A stretch of 30,729 nucleotides of DNA, taken from NCBI GenBank assembly GCA_031366795.1, contig JANLOX010000058.1:1-30729 (forward strand), given 5' to 3'. Shown here one piece after another: positions 9,096 to 19,150 of the stretch. A program made the position numbers and the translations under genes. Within the stretch, counting starts at the first letter, position 1. Every line of letters starts with the position of its first letter. The notes under the pieces were generated by a model. The model searched no databases. It was not told the DNA's origin and saw only the letters and a list, made by a program, of their open reading frames with translations. The DNA is from Candidatus Eiseniibacteriota bacterium. Lineage in GTDB: Bacteria; Eisenbacteria; RBG-16-71-46.

Positions 9096-9545
9096 ATGTC
9101 ACTTGGAAAGATCCGCCCGAATGCGGGCTCAACAAAAGATAGGAAGCGCCGTGGCAAGGGCGCCGCAACCGGCCTTGGCGGCACCGCCGGCAAAGGGCAC
9201 AAGGGCCACAAGGCGCGTTCCGGCGGCAGCATTCCGGCGCGGTTTGAAGGCGGTCAGATGCCGATTCAGCGGCGTCTGCCCAAGCGCGGCTTCACCAACC
9301 ATCACCGTGTCGAGTATCAGGTATTCAACACCGGTCAGCTGGCGAATGTCGCGGCGAACACGGTTGTGGATCGCGCGTGGCTCAAGCAGCAGGGCCTGGT
9401 CCGTCGCACGGGCCCGGTGAAGCTGCTCGCCCAGGGCGAGATCAAGGTCGCGCTCACGGTCAAGGTCGACGCGGCATCCGCCGCGGCAGCGCGTGCAATC
9501 GAGGCGGCAGGTGGCCGTCTCGAGGTTGCGGCGCCAAAGGCATAA
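9096..9545 (+). CDS. rplO: 50S ribosomal protein uL15
   Basis: GKGHKGHKARSG, FEGGQMPIQRRLPKRGF, IEAAGG. Confidence 0.99.
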   Translation: MSLGKIRPNAGSTKDRKRRGKGAATGLGGTAGKGHKGHKARSGGSIPARFEGGQMPIQRRLPKRGFTNHHRVEYQVFNTGQLANVAANTVVDRAWLKQQGLVRRTGPVKLLAQGEIKVALTVKVDAASAAAARAIEAAGGRLEVAAPKA

Positions 9546-9551
9546 CCCCTC

Positions 9552-10871
9552 ATGCTCGAAAAGTTCAGGAACATATTCCAGGTCCCGGAGCTGCGGCGGC
9601 GGATTCTGTTCACGCTGGCGCTGTTCGTGGTGTACCGCTTGGGCGAGCACGTGCCCACGCCGGGCGTCAATGCCAAGGCGTTGGCCGGTGCATTCGCGTC
9701 CCAGTCGGGCACCCTGTTCGGCCTGTACGACCTGTTCGTCGGCGGGGCGTTCTCGCGCGCCACGGTGTTCGCGCTCGGGATCATGCCGTACATCTCAGCA
9801 TCGATCATCATCCAGCTGCTCGGCGCGGTCGTGCCCTACTTCGAGAAGCTCCGCAAGGAAGGCGAAGAAGGCCAGAAGAAGCTGACGCAGTACACGCGTT
9901 ACGGGACCGTCGGAATCGCGCTCGTCCAGTCGCTCGCCTACAGCGTGTTCCTGCGCAACATGGGAGCGTCGTCGGGCGTGACGGTCGTGCCGGATCCGGG
10001 AATCCTGTTCACGTTGTCCACCATGATCACCCAGACGGCGGGCACCATCTTCGTCATGTGGCTGGGTGAGAAGATCACCGAGCACGGCATCGGCAACGGC
10101 ATCTCGCTCATCATCTTCATCAACATTATTGGCCGTGCGCCCAACGCCGTGTTCTCGGCGGTCGACAGCTTCCGTGCCGGCACCTTGTCACTGCTGGTGA
10201 TCCTCGGCGTCGTGGCGTTGATGGTCGCGGTGATCGCGGCCGTGATCGTGATGACGCAGGCGACGCGCAAGATTCCGGTGCAGTACGCCAAACGCATCGT
10301 CGGACGCCGCATGTACGGGGGCGCCAACACGCACATCCCGCTGCGCGTCAATAGCGCGGGCGTCATTCCGATCATCTTCGCCTCGAGCGTCATGATCCTG
10401 CCCGCGACGATTGCCGGTTTCGTTCCGCCGAGCAGTCCGCTGGCGTCGCTCGGGCAGATGTTCAACCCGATGAGCTTCATCTATAACTTCGTCTACGCCA
10501 TCATCATCGTATTCTTCACCTACTTCTATACCGCGGTCGTGCTGAACCCGAACGACCTGGCGGAGAACATGCGCAAATACGGCGGCTTCATTCCGGGCGT
10601 TCGCCCCGGCAAGAAGACGGCCGAGTACATTGACCGGGTGTTGTCGCGCATCACGCTGCCGGGAGCCATCTTCCTGGCGCTGATCGCGGTCCTGCCCGAT
10701 CTGATGATCTCCCAGTCGGGCATGCCGTTCCTGGGGTTCGGAGGTACGTCGGTGCTGATCGTGGTCGGCGTGGCGCTGGATACCCTGCAGCAGGTGGAGT
10801 CGCACCTGTTGATGCGGCATTACGAAGGTTTCGTGAAGCGCGGCAAGATTCGCGGCCGTCAGAGGATGTAG
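9552..10871 (+). CDS. secY: Preprotein translocase subunit SecY
   Basis: FALGIMPYISASII, WLGEKIT-GIGNGISL, AGVIPIIFA, GGFIPGVRPG, FGGTSVLIVVGVALDT; multiple hydrophobic segments. Confidence 0.99.
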   Translation: MLEKFRNIFQVPELRRRILFTLALFVVYRLGEHVPTPGVNAKALAGAFASQSGTLFGLYDLFVGGAFSRATVFALGIMPYISASIIIQLLGAVVPYFEKLRKEGEEGQKKLTQYTRYGTVGIALVQSLAYSVFLRNMGASSGVTVVPDPGILFTLSTMITQTAGTIFVMWLGEKITEHGIGNGISLIIFINIIGRAPNAVFSAVDSFRAGTLSLLVILGVVALMVAVIAAVIVMTQATRKIPVQYAKRIVGRRMYGGANTHIPLRVNSAGVIPIIFASSVMILPATIAGFVPPSSPLASLGQMFNPMSFIYNFVYAIIIVFFTYFYTAVVLNPNDLAENMRKYGGFIPGVRPGKKTAEYIDRVLSRITLPGAIFLALIAVLPDLMISQSGMPFLGFGGTSVLIVVGVALDTLQQVESHLLMRHYEGFVKRGKIRGRQRM

Positions 10872-11533
10872 TGCGGGTCGTCTTGCTCGGACCACCGGGC
10901 GTGGGCAAGGGCACTCAGGGCCGCCGGATCGCTACCGATCGCGGTTGGCCGCTGATCTCGACAGGGGAAGTCCTGCGGGATGCCGTCTCACGCGGAACGG
11001 AGTTGGGGAAGGTGGCAGGCAGGATCATGGCGGCGGGGCAGTTGGTGCCCGACGACGTGATGATCGGTCTGGTTCGCGAACGGACGTTGGAGCCCGATGC
11101 CAAGGGCGGATTTTTGCTGGATGGGTTTCCGCGCACCGTGCCACAGGCGGAAGCGCTCGAAGCCCTGCTGACGGAGCGGGGGCAGGCCATCGATGTCGCC
11201 CTGGCGCTGTCGGCGCCGGAAGAAGAGTTGGTGCTTCGCCTTACGGCGCGGCGGGAGTGCCCGGTTTGCAAGCGGGCGTACAATCTGGTCAGCGCGCCTC
11301 CGCGCGTCGACCAGCGCTGTGACGATCATCCGGACTCAGGCCTGATCCAGCGGGCGGATGACGAGGAAGTAACGATTCGCAAGCGCCTCGAGGTGTACCT
11401 GGCGCAGACGCGGTCGGTGGTGGATTACTACGGGGCGCGTGGGCGCCTGATTGAAACGGTCGGGACTGGCACTGCTTCCGAGGTGTGGGACCGGCTGAAA
11501 ATCGCCCTCGAGGCGGTGGTGGGAGGACGTTAA
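10871..11533 (+). CDS. adk: Adenylate kinase (long, LID-containing form)
   Basis: P-loop GPPGVGKGTQ, GQLVPD, LDGFPRT, LID with C-x2-C-x16-C-x2-H, QRADD; GTG start overlapping the secY stop. Confidence 0.98.
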   Translation: MRVVLLGPPGVGKGTQGRRIATDRGWPLISTGEVLRDAVSRGTELGKVAGRIMAAGQLVPDDVMIGLVRERTLEPDAKGGFLLDGFPRTVPQAEALEALLTERGQAIDVALALSAPEEELVLRLTARRECPVCKRAYNLVSAPPRVDQRCDDHPDSGLIQRADDEEVTIRKRLEVYLAQTRSVVDYYGARGRLIETVGTGTASEVWDRLKIALEAVVGGR

Positions 11534-11535
11534 CG

Positions 11536-12288
11536 TTGGTGTATCTCAGGGAACCATCCGAAATCGATCTCATCCGCGAGGCGGCCCAAGTGGTGGGGCG
11601 CACGCTCAAGATGCTGCGGGAGCATGTGCGCCCTGGCATCACGACGGCTGAGCTCGACAGGATCGCCGAGGCCTACATCCGCTCACAGGGAGCGGAGCCG
11701 GCGTTCAAGGGTTACCGGGGATTTCCGGCGAGCATCTGCCCGTCGGTCAACGAGCAGGTCGTCCATGCGATTCCCGGCGGCACGAAGTTGAAGGAAGGGG
11801 ACATCATCGGCCTCGACGTGGGCGTCCGGAAGAACGGCTACTACGGCGACGCTGCGGTGACCTACCCGGTCGGCGCCATCGACGACGAGGCGCAGAAGTT
11901 GCTCGACGTGACGCGCGAGTCGCTCGCGGCGGGGATCGCGCAAGCGCGGCCCGGCAATCGAGTCGGCGACATCGGGCACGCGGTTCAGGCGGTCGCCGAG
12001 GCGAATGGGTTCTCGGTGGTGCGCACGTTGGTAGGGCACGGGATTGGTCGCGAGATGCATGAAGAACCACAGGTGCCGAACTATGGTCAGCCTGCGCGGG
12101 GGCCGCGGCTGCTGGCGGGGCAGGTCATCGCCATCGAGCCGATGGTGAACATCGGGGGTCCCGATGTCGTGACGGGCAAGGATGGCTGGACCGTCCTGAC
12201 CCGTGACGGGCTGCGCTCGGCGCACTTCGAGCATACTGTTGCGATCGGGCCGGACGGCCCGGAAATCCTGTCGCAGGTCGAAGACTAG
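11536..12288 (+). CDS. map: Methionine aminopeptidase type I
   Basis: [45 protein letters not shown] at 11536 after GGAGG. Confidence 0.98.
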   Translation: MVYLREPSEIDLIREAAQVVGRTLKMLREHVRPGITTAELDRIAEAYIRSQGAEPAFKGYRGFPASICPSVNEQVVHAIPGGTKLKEGDIIGLDVGVRKNGYYGDAAVTYPVGAIDDEAQKLLDVTRESLAAGIAQARPGNRVGDIGHAVQAVAEANGFSVVRTLVGHGIGREMHEEPQVPNYGQPARGPRLLAGQVIAIEPMVNIGGPDVVTGKDGWTVLTRDGLRSAHFEHTVAIGPDGPEILSQVED

Positions 12289-12308
12289 ATGAAGGGGTCG
12301 AGGACGAT

Positions 12309-12527
12309 TTGAGCAAAGAAGAAGGAATCCAGGTCGAGGGTACGGTCGTCGAGCCGTTGCCGAATGCGATGTTCCGCGTCGAGCTCGAGAACGGTCACAA
12401 GGTCCTGGCGCATATCTCGGGCAAGATGCGGATGCACTTCATCAAGATCCTGCCCGGGGACAAGGTGACCGTCGAATTGTCACCGTACGACCTGACCCGG
12501 GGACGCATCGTCTACCGGTACAAGTAG
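12309..12527 (+). CDS. infA: Translation initiation factor IF-1
   Basis: [38 protein letters not shown] start. Confidence 0.99.
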   Translation: MSKEEGIQVEGTVVEPLPNAMFRVELENGHKVLAHISGKMRMHFIKILPGDKVTVELSPYDLTRGRIVYRYK

Positions 12528-12555
12528 CCGCACGGGGCCAGTAACGGCCCTGCGG
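12528..12555 (+). other. Stem-loop between infA and rpmJ
   Basis: CCGCA-cg-GGGCC-agtaac-GGCCC-TGCGG. Confidence 0.5.
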
Positions 12556-12572
12556 AATCGAGGAGTCGAAGC

Positions 12573-12692
12573 ATGAAGGTGCGTACCTCAGTCAAGAAGA
12601 TCTGCGAGCACTGCAAAGTGGTGCGTCGCAAGGGCGTGATCCGGGTGATCTGCACCCGCAATCCGCGTCACAAGCAGCGTCAGAAGGGCTAA
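12573..12692 (+). CDS. rpmJ: 50S ribosomal protein bL36 (zinc-ribbon form)
   Basis: Manual translation: [39 protein letters not shown] (39 aa), GAGGAG SD; too short for the ORF track. Confidence 0.98.
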   Translation: MKVRTSVKKICEHCKVVRRKGVIRVICTRNPRHKQRQKG

Positions 12693-12703
12693 GGGGGAAT
12701 CGA

Positions 12704-13102
12704 GTGGCACGTATTGCAGGCGTTGACCTCCCGGCGGAAAAGCGGATCGAAATCGCGCTGACGTACATCTTCGGCATTGGCCGGACGACGGCGCGCCGGA
12801 TCCTGCGGGATGCCGGAGTGAACCCGGATATCCGGGTGAGAAGTCTCAGTGATGAAGACACCGGAAAGCTGCGTAGCACCATCGAGCGCGAATACAAGGT
12901 CGAGGGTGCGTTGCGCAGTGAAGTGGCAATGAACGTGAAGCGCCTGATGGACATTGGCGCCTATCGCGGGCTTCGCCACCGGCGCGGACTGCCTGTGCAT
13001 GGGCAGCGCACGAAGACCAATGCGCGGACCCGCAAGGGCCCGAAGAAGACCGCGGGTGCCATGCGTCCCAAGGCGGCGGCGAAGCCCGCACCGAAGAAGT
13101 AA
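12704..13102 (+). CDS. rpsM: 30S ribosomal protein uS13
   Basis: [47 protein letters not shown] start. Confidence 0.99.
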   Translation: MARIAGVDLPAEKRIEIALTYIFGIGRTTARRILRDAGVNPDIRVRSLSDEDTGKLRSTIEREYKVEGALRSEVAMNVKRLMDIGAYRGLRHRRGLPVHGQRTKTNARTRKGPKKTAGAMRPKAAAKPAPKK

Positions 13103-13109
13103 CCACGGT

Positions 13110-13129
13110 CACCCCGCATGCGCGGGGTG
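13110..13129 (+). other. Stem-loop between rpsM and rpsK
   Basis: CACCCCGC-atgc-GCGGGGTG, perfect 8-bp stem. Confidence 0.55.
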
Positions 13130-13148
13130 GTCCTGACGGAGGTTTTGA

Positions 13149-13535
13149 GTGGCTGATGTAAAGAAGACCAAGAAGCGGGACAAGCGGGTTGGCGTCAATG
13201 GCGTTGCCCACGTGCACGCCAGTTTCAACAACACGATCGTCTCGATCACCGACACCGACGGCAACGTGCTGTCCTGGGCCAGCGCCGGCAAGGTGGGGTT
13301 CAAGGGATCCCGCAAGAGCACGCCGTTCGCGGCACAGGTCGCAGCGGAGGCGTCGGCGCGTGAAGCGCTGAACGCCGGTATGAAACGCGTCGAAGTGTGG
13401 GTGAAGGGTCCCGGAGCCGGGCGTGAATCTGCGATTCGCGCCCTGCAGGCGGCCGGGCTCGAAATCTCCGCAATCAAAGACGTCACCCCGATTCCGCACA
13501 ACGGATGCCGTCCGCCCAAGCGGCGCCGGGTCTAG
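13149..13535 (+). CDS. rpsK: 30S ribosomal protein uS11
   Basis: [43 protein letters not shown] start after GGAGGT. Confidence 0.99.
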   Translation: MADVKKTKKRDKRVGVNGVAHVHASFNNTIVSITDTDGNVLSWASAGKVGFKGSRKSTPFAAQVAAEASAREALNAGMKRVEVWVKGPGAGRESAIRALQAAGLEISAIKDVTPIPHNGCRPPKRRRV

Positions 13536-13544
13536 GAGAGCACG

Positions 13545-14174
13545 ATGGCGGTTTACCACGACGCAAAATGCCGGCTGTGCCGGCGTGCCGGTATGAAGCT
13601 GTTCTTGAAGGGCGCCCGCTGCAGCAGCGACAAGTGCGCCATGGAACGCCGTGCCTACGCCCCGGGCGAGCACGGCAAGAGCCGTCGGGTCAAAGAGACC
13701 GACTACGGCACCCAGTTGCGCGAGAAGCAGAAGGCGCGCCGCATGTACGGCGTGCTCGAGAAGCAGTTCCGCAACTATTTCGAAAAGGCCGCGCGCGCCA
13801 AGGGTGTGACCGGTGAAGTGCTGCTGCAGATGCTCGAGCGCCGTCTCGACAACATCGTGTTCCGGCTCGGCTTCGCCAGCAACCGGGCGCAGGCCCGCCA
13901 ACTCGTCCGCCACCGCCACTTCTTCGTGAATGGCCGCAAGGTCGACGTGCCGTCGTTCCTCCTCAAGGTGGGTGACACGATCCAGGTCCGCGACAAGAGC
14001 AAGACCCTGATCGTCATCCAGAATTCGATCGAGACGCACAAGGGGCAGTCTTCCCCTGAGTGGCTCGAAGTCAATGCAGACACGATGAGCGGCCGGGTGC
14101 TCAACATTCCCGCACGCGACTCGATCAGTACGCCGATCAATGAGCAGCTCATCGTCGAGCTCTACTCGAAGTAA
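13545..14174 (+). CDS. rpsD: 30S ribosomal protein uS4 (zinc-binding form)
   Basis: CRLCRR...[37 protein letters not shown]. Confidence 0.99.
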   Translation: MAVYHDAKCRLCRRAGMKLFLKGARCSSDKCAMERRAYAPGEHGKSRRVKETDYGTQLREKQKARRMYGVLEKQFRNYFEKAARAKGVTGEVLLQMLERRLDNIVFRLGFASNRAQARQLVRHRHFFVNGRKVDVPSFLLKVGDTIQVRDKSKTLIVIQNSIETHKGQSSPEWLEVNADTMSGRVLNIPARDSISTPINEQLIVELYSK

Positions 14175-14204
14175 TCCACGCCACCCAAGAGGGAGGCTTC
14201 GCTG

Positions 14205-15200
14205 ATGAAGTGGAAGAATCTGACCATGCCGAAGCAGATCGTTGCTGATCCCGCGAACCAGGATCACTACGGCAAATTCGTGATCGAACCCCTCGAGCGG
14301 GGCTTCGGTGTCACGTTGGGCAACACCCTGCGCCGCGTCCTGCTGTCGTCGCTGCAGGGAGGTGCGATCACCGCCGTGCGAATCGAGGGCGTGCTGCACG
14401 AGTTCTCGACGCTGCCGGGAGTGATCGAAGACGTCACCGAGGTGATCCTCAATTTGAAGCAGGTGCGCCTCAAGATCCACGGCGACGGCCCGAAGAAGGG
14501 CATCGTCGAGATCAAGGGCAGCAGCGAAGTGCGCGCCAAGGACATCCAGGTCGACTCCGAGGTCGAGGTCCTGAATCCGGACCTGCACATCGCGACGCTG
14601 AACCGTGATGGCGACCTGCGCATGGAAGTCGAGATCAACGGGGGCCGTGGTTATGTCTCGGCCGACCAGCACTCGCAGGTGGACCGGCCGATCGGTGTCA
14701 TTCCGATCGACTCGATGTTCTCGCCGATCACCAAGGTGAACTACACGGTCGACGCCACGCGGCTCGGCCAGCGCATCGACTACGACAAGCTTACCCTCGA
14801 AGTGTGGACCGACGGCAGCATCCTGCCGCAGGACGCCATCGCGGTGGCCGCGAAGATCCTTCGCGATCACTTCCAGATGTTCATTCACTTCGAAGAGCCG
14901 ATCGAAGAAGAAGTCGAAGAAGAAGTCGACGAGGAAGTCGTGCGCGTGCGCAAGCTGCTCGACAAGAGCGTCGAAGAACTCGAGCTGTCGGTTCGCTCGA
15001 GCAACTGTCTGCGTGCCGCCGAAATCAAGTCGATCGGTGACCTGGTCCGCAAGAGCGAGCCCGAGATGCTGAAATTCCGCAACTTCGGGCGTAAGTCGCT
15101 CAAGGAAATCCAGGACATCCTCGGCGAGATGGGGCTCCATTTCGGGATGGACATCAGCCGCTTCACGCAGCCGCGGAATCCCGTCGGGATGGAGGTTTAG
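14205..15200 (+). CDS. rpoA: DNA-directed RNA polymerase subunit alpha
   Basis: [46 protein letters not shown]. Confidence 0.99.
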   Translation: MKWKNLTMPKQIVADPANQDHYGKFVIEPLERGFGVTLGNTLRRVLLSSLQGGAITAVRIEGVLHEFSTLPGVIEDVTEVILNLKQVRLKIHGDGPKKGIVEIKGSSEVRAKDIQVDSEVEVLNPDLHIATLNRDGDLRMEVEINGGRGYVSADQHSQVDRPIGVIPIDSMFSPITKVNYTVDATRLGQRIDYDKLTLEVWTDGSILPQDAIAVAAKILRDHFQMFIHFEEPIEEEVEEEVDEEVVRVRKLLDKSVEELELSVRSSNCLRAAEIKSIGDLVRKSEPEMLKFRNFGRKSLKEIQDILGEMGLHFGMDISRFTQPRNPVGMEV

Positions 15201-15206
15201 CGGGCC

Positions 15207-15779
15207 ATGCGACACCGTAAAGACCATAAGAAGCTGAGCCGCACCCACTCGCACCGGCGCGCGCTGCTGCGAAACCTGGTGACGGCGTTGTTCCAGTACG
15301 AACGCATCGAGACGTCGGTCGTGAAGGCGAAGGAAGCGCGCCGCATGGCCGAGCGCATGATCACCTTCGCCAAGAAGGGTGATCTCCACGCGCGCCGCCA
15401 GGTCGGGCGCTACGTGATGCGTCCTGCCATCATCAACCGGCTGTTCGACACCATCGCTCCGTGGTACACGGACCGTCAGGGCGGCTACACGCGGATTGTC
15501 AGGATCGGCCGCCGGCTGGGTGATGCCGGCGAAACCGCATACCTCGAGCTAGTGAAGTCGGTCGAGCAGCGGGAGAAGGAACGCCAGGATCGCATTGCCG
15601 CCGAAGAGGCCAAAGAGAAGGCCCTGAAGGCCAGCGAGGCATCCCCGAAGAAGAAGAAAGCAGCGGAAGAGGGGGCCGCAGCCGAGCCGGAATCGCGTCC
15701 CAAGCGCGGAGCCCGCAAGGAGGGTGATGTCCAAACCCCCGCCCGCCGCCGCGGCAGAACCGGAGTCAAGACCGGTTAG
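15207..15779 (+). CDS. rplQ: 50S ribosomal protein bL17 with ~74-aa charged C-terminal extension
   Basis: MRHRK, HRRALLRNL, KAKE, RQGGYTRI, RLGDAG. Confidence 0.98.
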   Translation: MRHRKDHKKLSRTHSHRRALLRNLVTALFQYERIETSVVKAKEARRMAERMITFAKKGDLHARRQVGRYVMRPAIINRLFDTIAPWYTDRQGGYTRIVRIGRRLGDAGETAYLELVKSVEQREKERQDRIAAEEAKEKALKASEASPKKKKAAEEGAAAEPESRPKRGARKEGDVQTPARRRGRTGVKTG

Positions 15780-15806
15780 GCCGATTCGGAAGCTGCGAAT
15801 CAATGA

Positions 15807-15832
15807 GCGGGCGGGAGGCGACTCCCGCCCGC
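15807..15832 (+). terminator. Strong hairpin after rplQ (probable terminator or stability element; U-tract absent)
   Basis: GCGGGCGGGAG-gcga-CTCCCGCCCGC, perfect 11-bp stem with GNRA loop, followed by ATTCGCTAT. Confidence 0.6.
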
Positions 15833-15858
15833 ATTCGCTATCCGGCCAACCCTCTCTC

Positions 15859-17175
15859 ATGACACGCGCCCTGCGCTACCTCCTGCTCCGCGTCATCGCG
15901 GTGGCCCTGCTCGGGGTCTGCGCGCCATTCGCGGCCGCCGTCGCGGCGAGCCTGCCGCTGCAGGCCCCCGCCGATTCGGTGGTAGCCCTGGGGCCAGTGC
16001 CTGCCGCCAACGATTCGACCGAGGTCCCGGCGCACGACTCCCAGCCCGTGATCGTCTCGCCCGACTCGCTCCCCGCCCTGCGCGCCGCGACCCGGGGCGT
16101 TGACTACATGTGGGTGCTGCGCGATGCCTTGATGACGCCCGCCTCGATCGACAGCGTGGTGGAGCGGGCAGCGCGAATGCATGTGAAAGGCCTGCTGGTG
16201 CAGGTCGTGGGACGCGGCGATGCGTGGTACGCCTCGCGCCTGCTGCCGCGCGCCGAGCCGCTCGACTCCCGCTCGGATGCCGATCCGCTGGCACACATGG
16301 TCCAACGCGCGCATGCCTCAGGCCTTGAAGTGCATGCATGGATGAACTGCCTGCTGGTGTGGTCGGGCAAGCGCTATCCGCGCGACTACCGGCACGTCGT
16401 GCGGGCTCACCCGGATTGGATCGCCGAGTTGCAGGATGGCCGGCGCACCAGTTGGGTCACGGCGCGCGGGCTCAAGAAGCTGAACCTCGAAGGCGCCTAC
16501 CTGGCGCCCGCCCGCCCCGGCGTGCGGCGCTTCGTCGCCTCGATTGCCGCCGAGATCGCCACGAACTATGCCGTCGACGGGATTCACCTCGACTACATCC
16601 GCCAGCCGGACGCCGAAACCGGCTTCGATCCCGACACTCGCGCGCGCTTCGCGCTATTCCACGGCGCGGATCCGCAGCGCTTCAACCTGGCCCCTCCCGC
16701 GCGCCGCGACTCGCTGATGCGGCTGTGGCGCCAGTTCCAGCACGACCAGGTGACCGCAGTCGTACGCGCAGTGCGCGACACGCTGCAATCAATCCGTCCA
16801 GGAATCAGCTTGAGCGCTGCGGTGGTGTCGGATCCCGCGCGCTCCGAGGGCTCAACCGCCCAGAACTGGCGCGGCTGGTTGCACGACGGGCTGCTCGATC
16901 GCGCCTACGTCATGTGTTATTCGCCTGAGGTGCAGACGGTGATGGACCAACTGCTCTCGATCGGCCAGGAGCTGGGCGCCAGTCAACGCGTCGTGCCCGG
17001 CATCGCGGTTTACAACACGTCCCCAGTCACCGCGGCGGTCAAGCTCCGGGGCGCTCGCGCCCTAGGCTACCCGCTGCTTGCGCTGTACTCATACGATTCG
17101 CTGTTCGCGCTGGATCGCGGCTGGAAGAGGCTCGAGCAGGGCCTCGTCAGCCAGCCTTCCGCTGCCGAACACTAG
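15859..17175 (+). CDS. Secreted glycoside hydrolase, GHL10/DUF187 (YddW/DigH-like) TIM barrel
   Basis: Signal-peptide-like N-terminus; [17 protein letters not shown]...[28 protein letters not shown]...M.Y motifs. ATG 15859 preferred over 15724, which overlaps rplQ. Confidence 0.8.
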   Translation: MTRALRYLLLRVIAVALLGVCAPFAAAVAASLPLQAPADSVVALGPVPAANDSTEVPAHDSQPVIVSPDSLPALRAATRGVDYMWVLRDALMTPASIDSVVERAARMHVKGLLVQVVGRGDAWYASRLLPRAEPLDSRSDADPLAHMVQRAHASGLEVHAWMNCLLVWSGKRYPRDYRHVVRAHPDWIAELQDGRRTSWVTARGLKKLNLEGAYLAPARPGVRRFVASIAAEIATNYAVDGIHLDYIRQPDAETGFDPDTRARFALFHGADPQRFNLAPPARRDSLMRLWRQFQHDQVTAVVRAVRDTLQSIRPGISLSAAVVSDPARSEGSTAQNWRGWLHDGLLDRAYVMCYSPEVQTVMDQLLSIGQELGASQRVVPGIAVYNTSPVTAAVKLRGARALGYPLLALYSYDSLFALDRGWKRLEQGLVSQPSAAEH

Positions 17176-17188
17176 TCAGGAGAATTCG

Positions 17189-19051
17189 ATGACCACCACG
17201 ACCCCGCAGGAGCGCGCGACCGGCTCCCACGATCGCGCCACGCGCGAGGATATCCGCAATATCGCGATCATCGCCCACGTCGACCATGGCAAGACCACGC
17301 TGGTCGATGCGCTGTTGTGGCAGAGCGGCGTGTTCCGCGAGAACCAGGAGGTCGCGGAGCGGGTGATGGACTCAAACGACCTGGAGCGCGAAAAGGGCAT
17401 CACGATTCTCGCCAAGAACACGGCGGTGCGCTTCGGCAAGGTCAAGATCAACATCGTCGATACGCCCGGCCACGCCGACTTCGGCGGGGAAGTCGAGCGC
17501 ACGCTCAAGATGGTCGACGGCGTGATGCTGCTGGTGGACGCCAGCGAAGGCCCCCTGCCGCAGACGCGGTTCGTGCTCAAGAAGGCGCTCGAACTCGGGC
17601 TGCCGCCGATCGTCGTCATCAACAAAATCGACCGCAAGGACGCGCGCACGCAGGAAGTGCTGAACGAGATCTACGACCTGTTCATCGATCTCGATGCGAA
17701 CGAGTCCCAACTCGACTTCCCTGTGCTCTACACCATCGCCCGTGACGGCATCTGCCGGCTCACAGCGGACGGCGAGGACCACAAGCTGCTGCCGCTGTTC
17801 GAGGAGATCATCCGCACCATCCCGGCGCCCAGCTACGACCGGCAGATGCCATTGCAGATGCTGGTGCTCAACCTCGATTACTCGGATTTCGTCGGCCGGC
17901 TCGCCATTGGCCGTGTCGTCAACGGCACCGTCACCGCGCGCACGGATGTGACCGTGTGCCGCACCGACGGGTCGATGCAGAAGGCGCGCGTGACCAACCT
18001 TTATGCGTTCGAGGGATTGGGCCGCGTGGAAGTTCCCGAAGCGGGACCCGGGGACATCGTGGCGCTCGCCGGGTTCTCCGAGATCCACATCGGCGACACC
18101 ATCACCGACCCGAACGACCCGCGGCCGCTGCCGCGCGTGACGATCGATGAGCCCACGGTGTCGATGGTCTTCCAGATCAACAACTCGCCGTTCGTGGGCC
18201 AGGAAGGCAAGCTCGTCACCTCGCGCAACCTGCGCGAGCGACTCGATCGCGAGCTGCTCACCAACGTGAGCATCCGCATCGACGCGGGCGAGACGCCGGA
18301 CAGTTTCCAGGTGTCGGGCCGCGGCGAGCTCCAGATGGCCATCCTGATCGAAATGATGCGCCGCGAGGGATTCGAGTTGATGGTCGGCAAGCCCGAGGTC
18401 ATCACGCGCGTGGTGGACGGCAAGAAGCAGGAACCGATGGAGCGGCTGGTGATCGACTGCCCCGAGGACTTCGTGGGCGTCGTCACCGAGAAGATCGGCA
18501 AGCGCAAGGGCCGCATGACCAACATGGTGAATCACGGCACCGGCCGCGTGCGGCTGGAATTCCGGATTCCTTCGCGTGGGCTGATCGGCTTCCGCAGTCA
18601 GTTCCTCACCGACACGCGCGGCACCGGCCTGCTGAATCACCTGTTCGACGGCTATGACGAGTGGCAGGGTGAGATTCCTCATCGCACGACCGGAGCGCTG
18701 GTGTCCGATCGCGCCGGCAAGGTGACGCCGTATGCGCTCGAGCACGTGCAGGACCGTGGCGAGATCTTCGTCGAGCCGGGCGAGCGCGTGTACGAAGGCA
18801 TGGTCGTCGGCGAGAACTCGCGCGAGCAGGACATCGATGCGAACGTCGTCAAGGAGAAGAAGCTCACGAACATGCGCGCGTCGGGCTCCGACGATGCCGC
18901 CCGGCTGGTGCCGGTGCACCGCATGTCGCTCGAGCAGTCGCTCGAGTGGATCCGCGACGATGAATTGCTCGAGGTGACGCCGGTGTCGCTGCGCATCCGC
19001 AAGCGGGTGCTGCAGGCGAATATCCGGCCGCGGTACTGGCAGAAGGGGTAA
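17189..19051 (+). CDS. typA: Translational GTPase TypA/BipA
   Basis: [74 protein letters not shown] before ATG 17189. Confidence 0.98.
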   Translation: MTTTTPQERATGSHDRATREDIRNIAIIAHVDHGKTTLVDALLWQSGVFRENQEVAERVMDSNDLEREKGITILAKNTAVRFGKVKINIVDTPGHADFGGEVERTLKMVDGVMLLVDASEGPLPQTRFVLKKALELGLPPIVVINKIDRKDARTQEVLNEIYDLFIDLDANESQLDFPVLYTIARDGICRLTADGEDHKLLPLFEEIIRTIPAPSYDRQMPLQMLVLNLDYSDFVGRLAIGRVVNGTVTARTDVTVCRTDGSMQKARVTNLYAFEGLGRVEVPEAGPGDIVALAGFSEIHIGDTITDPNDPRPLPRVTIDEPTVSMVFQINNSPFVGQEGKLVTSRNLRERLDRELLTNVSIRIDAGETPDSFQVSGRGELQMAILIEMMRREGFELMVGKPEVITRVVDGKKQEPMERLVIDCPEDFVGVVTEKIGKRKGRMTNMVNHGTGRVRLEFRIPSRGLIGFRSQFLTDTRGTGLLNHLFDGYDEWQGEIPHRTTGALVSDRAGKVTPYALEHVQDRGEIFVEPGERVYEGMVVGENSREQDIDANVVKEKKLTNMRASGSDDAARLVPVHRMSLEQSLEWIRDDELLEVTPVSLRIRKRVLQANIRPRYWQKG

Positions 19052-19118
19052 GCATTTAAGGTATTTCGTAGGCCTGCGATGGCCCGCCGCGGTCCCTGCC
19101 AAATCCCTCGATTTCCCA

Positions 19119-19150
19119 GGGGGTCCAGCCGATAACCCGGGTGGACCCCC
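19119..19150 (+). promoter_or_regulatory. 9-bp inverted repeat enclosing a sigma28-type -10 box (GCCGATAA)
   Basis: GGGGGTCCA (19119-27) / TGGACCCCC (19142-50); GCCGATAA at 19128-35; abuts kinase ATG; -35 match weak. Confidence 0.4.

Noticed and set aside
11527..11536. 10-bp palindrome ACGTTAACGT at the adk-map junction
   Set aside because: Explained by stop codon, spacer and start constraints; single short occurrence.
14895..14940. GAAGAAGAAGTC repeats in rpoA
   Set aside because: They encode the ordinary acidic linker between the alpha NTD and CTD.
12846..15389. 847-aa antisense ORF across rpsM-rplQ
   Set aside because: Shadow frame of highly biased high-GC genes (few reverse-strand stops); no recognisable motifs; lies entirely opposite essential genes.
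15724..15858. Longer start for the glycoside hydrolase
   Set aside because: It overlaps rplQ and the terminator-like hairpin; the signal peptide begins at ATG 15859.
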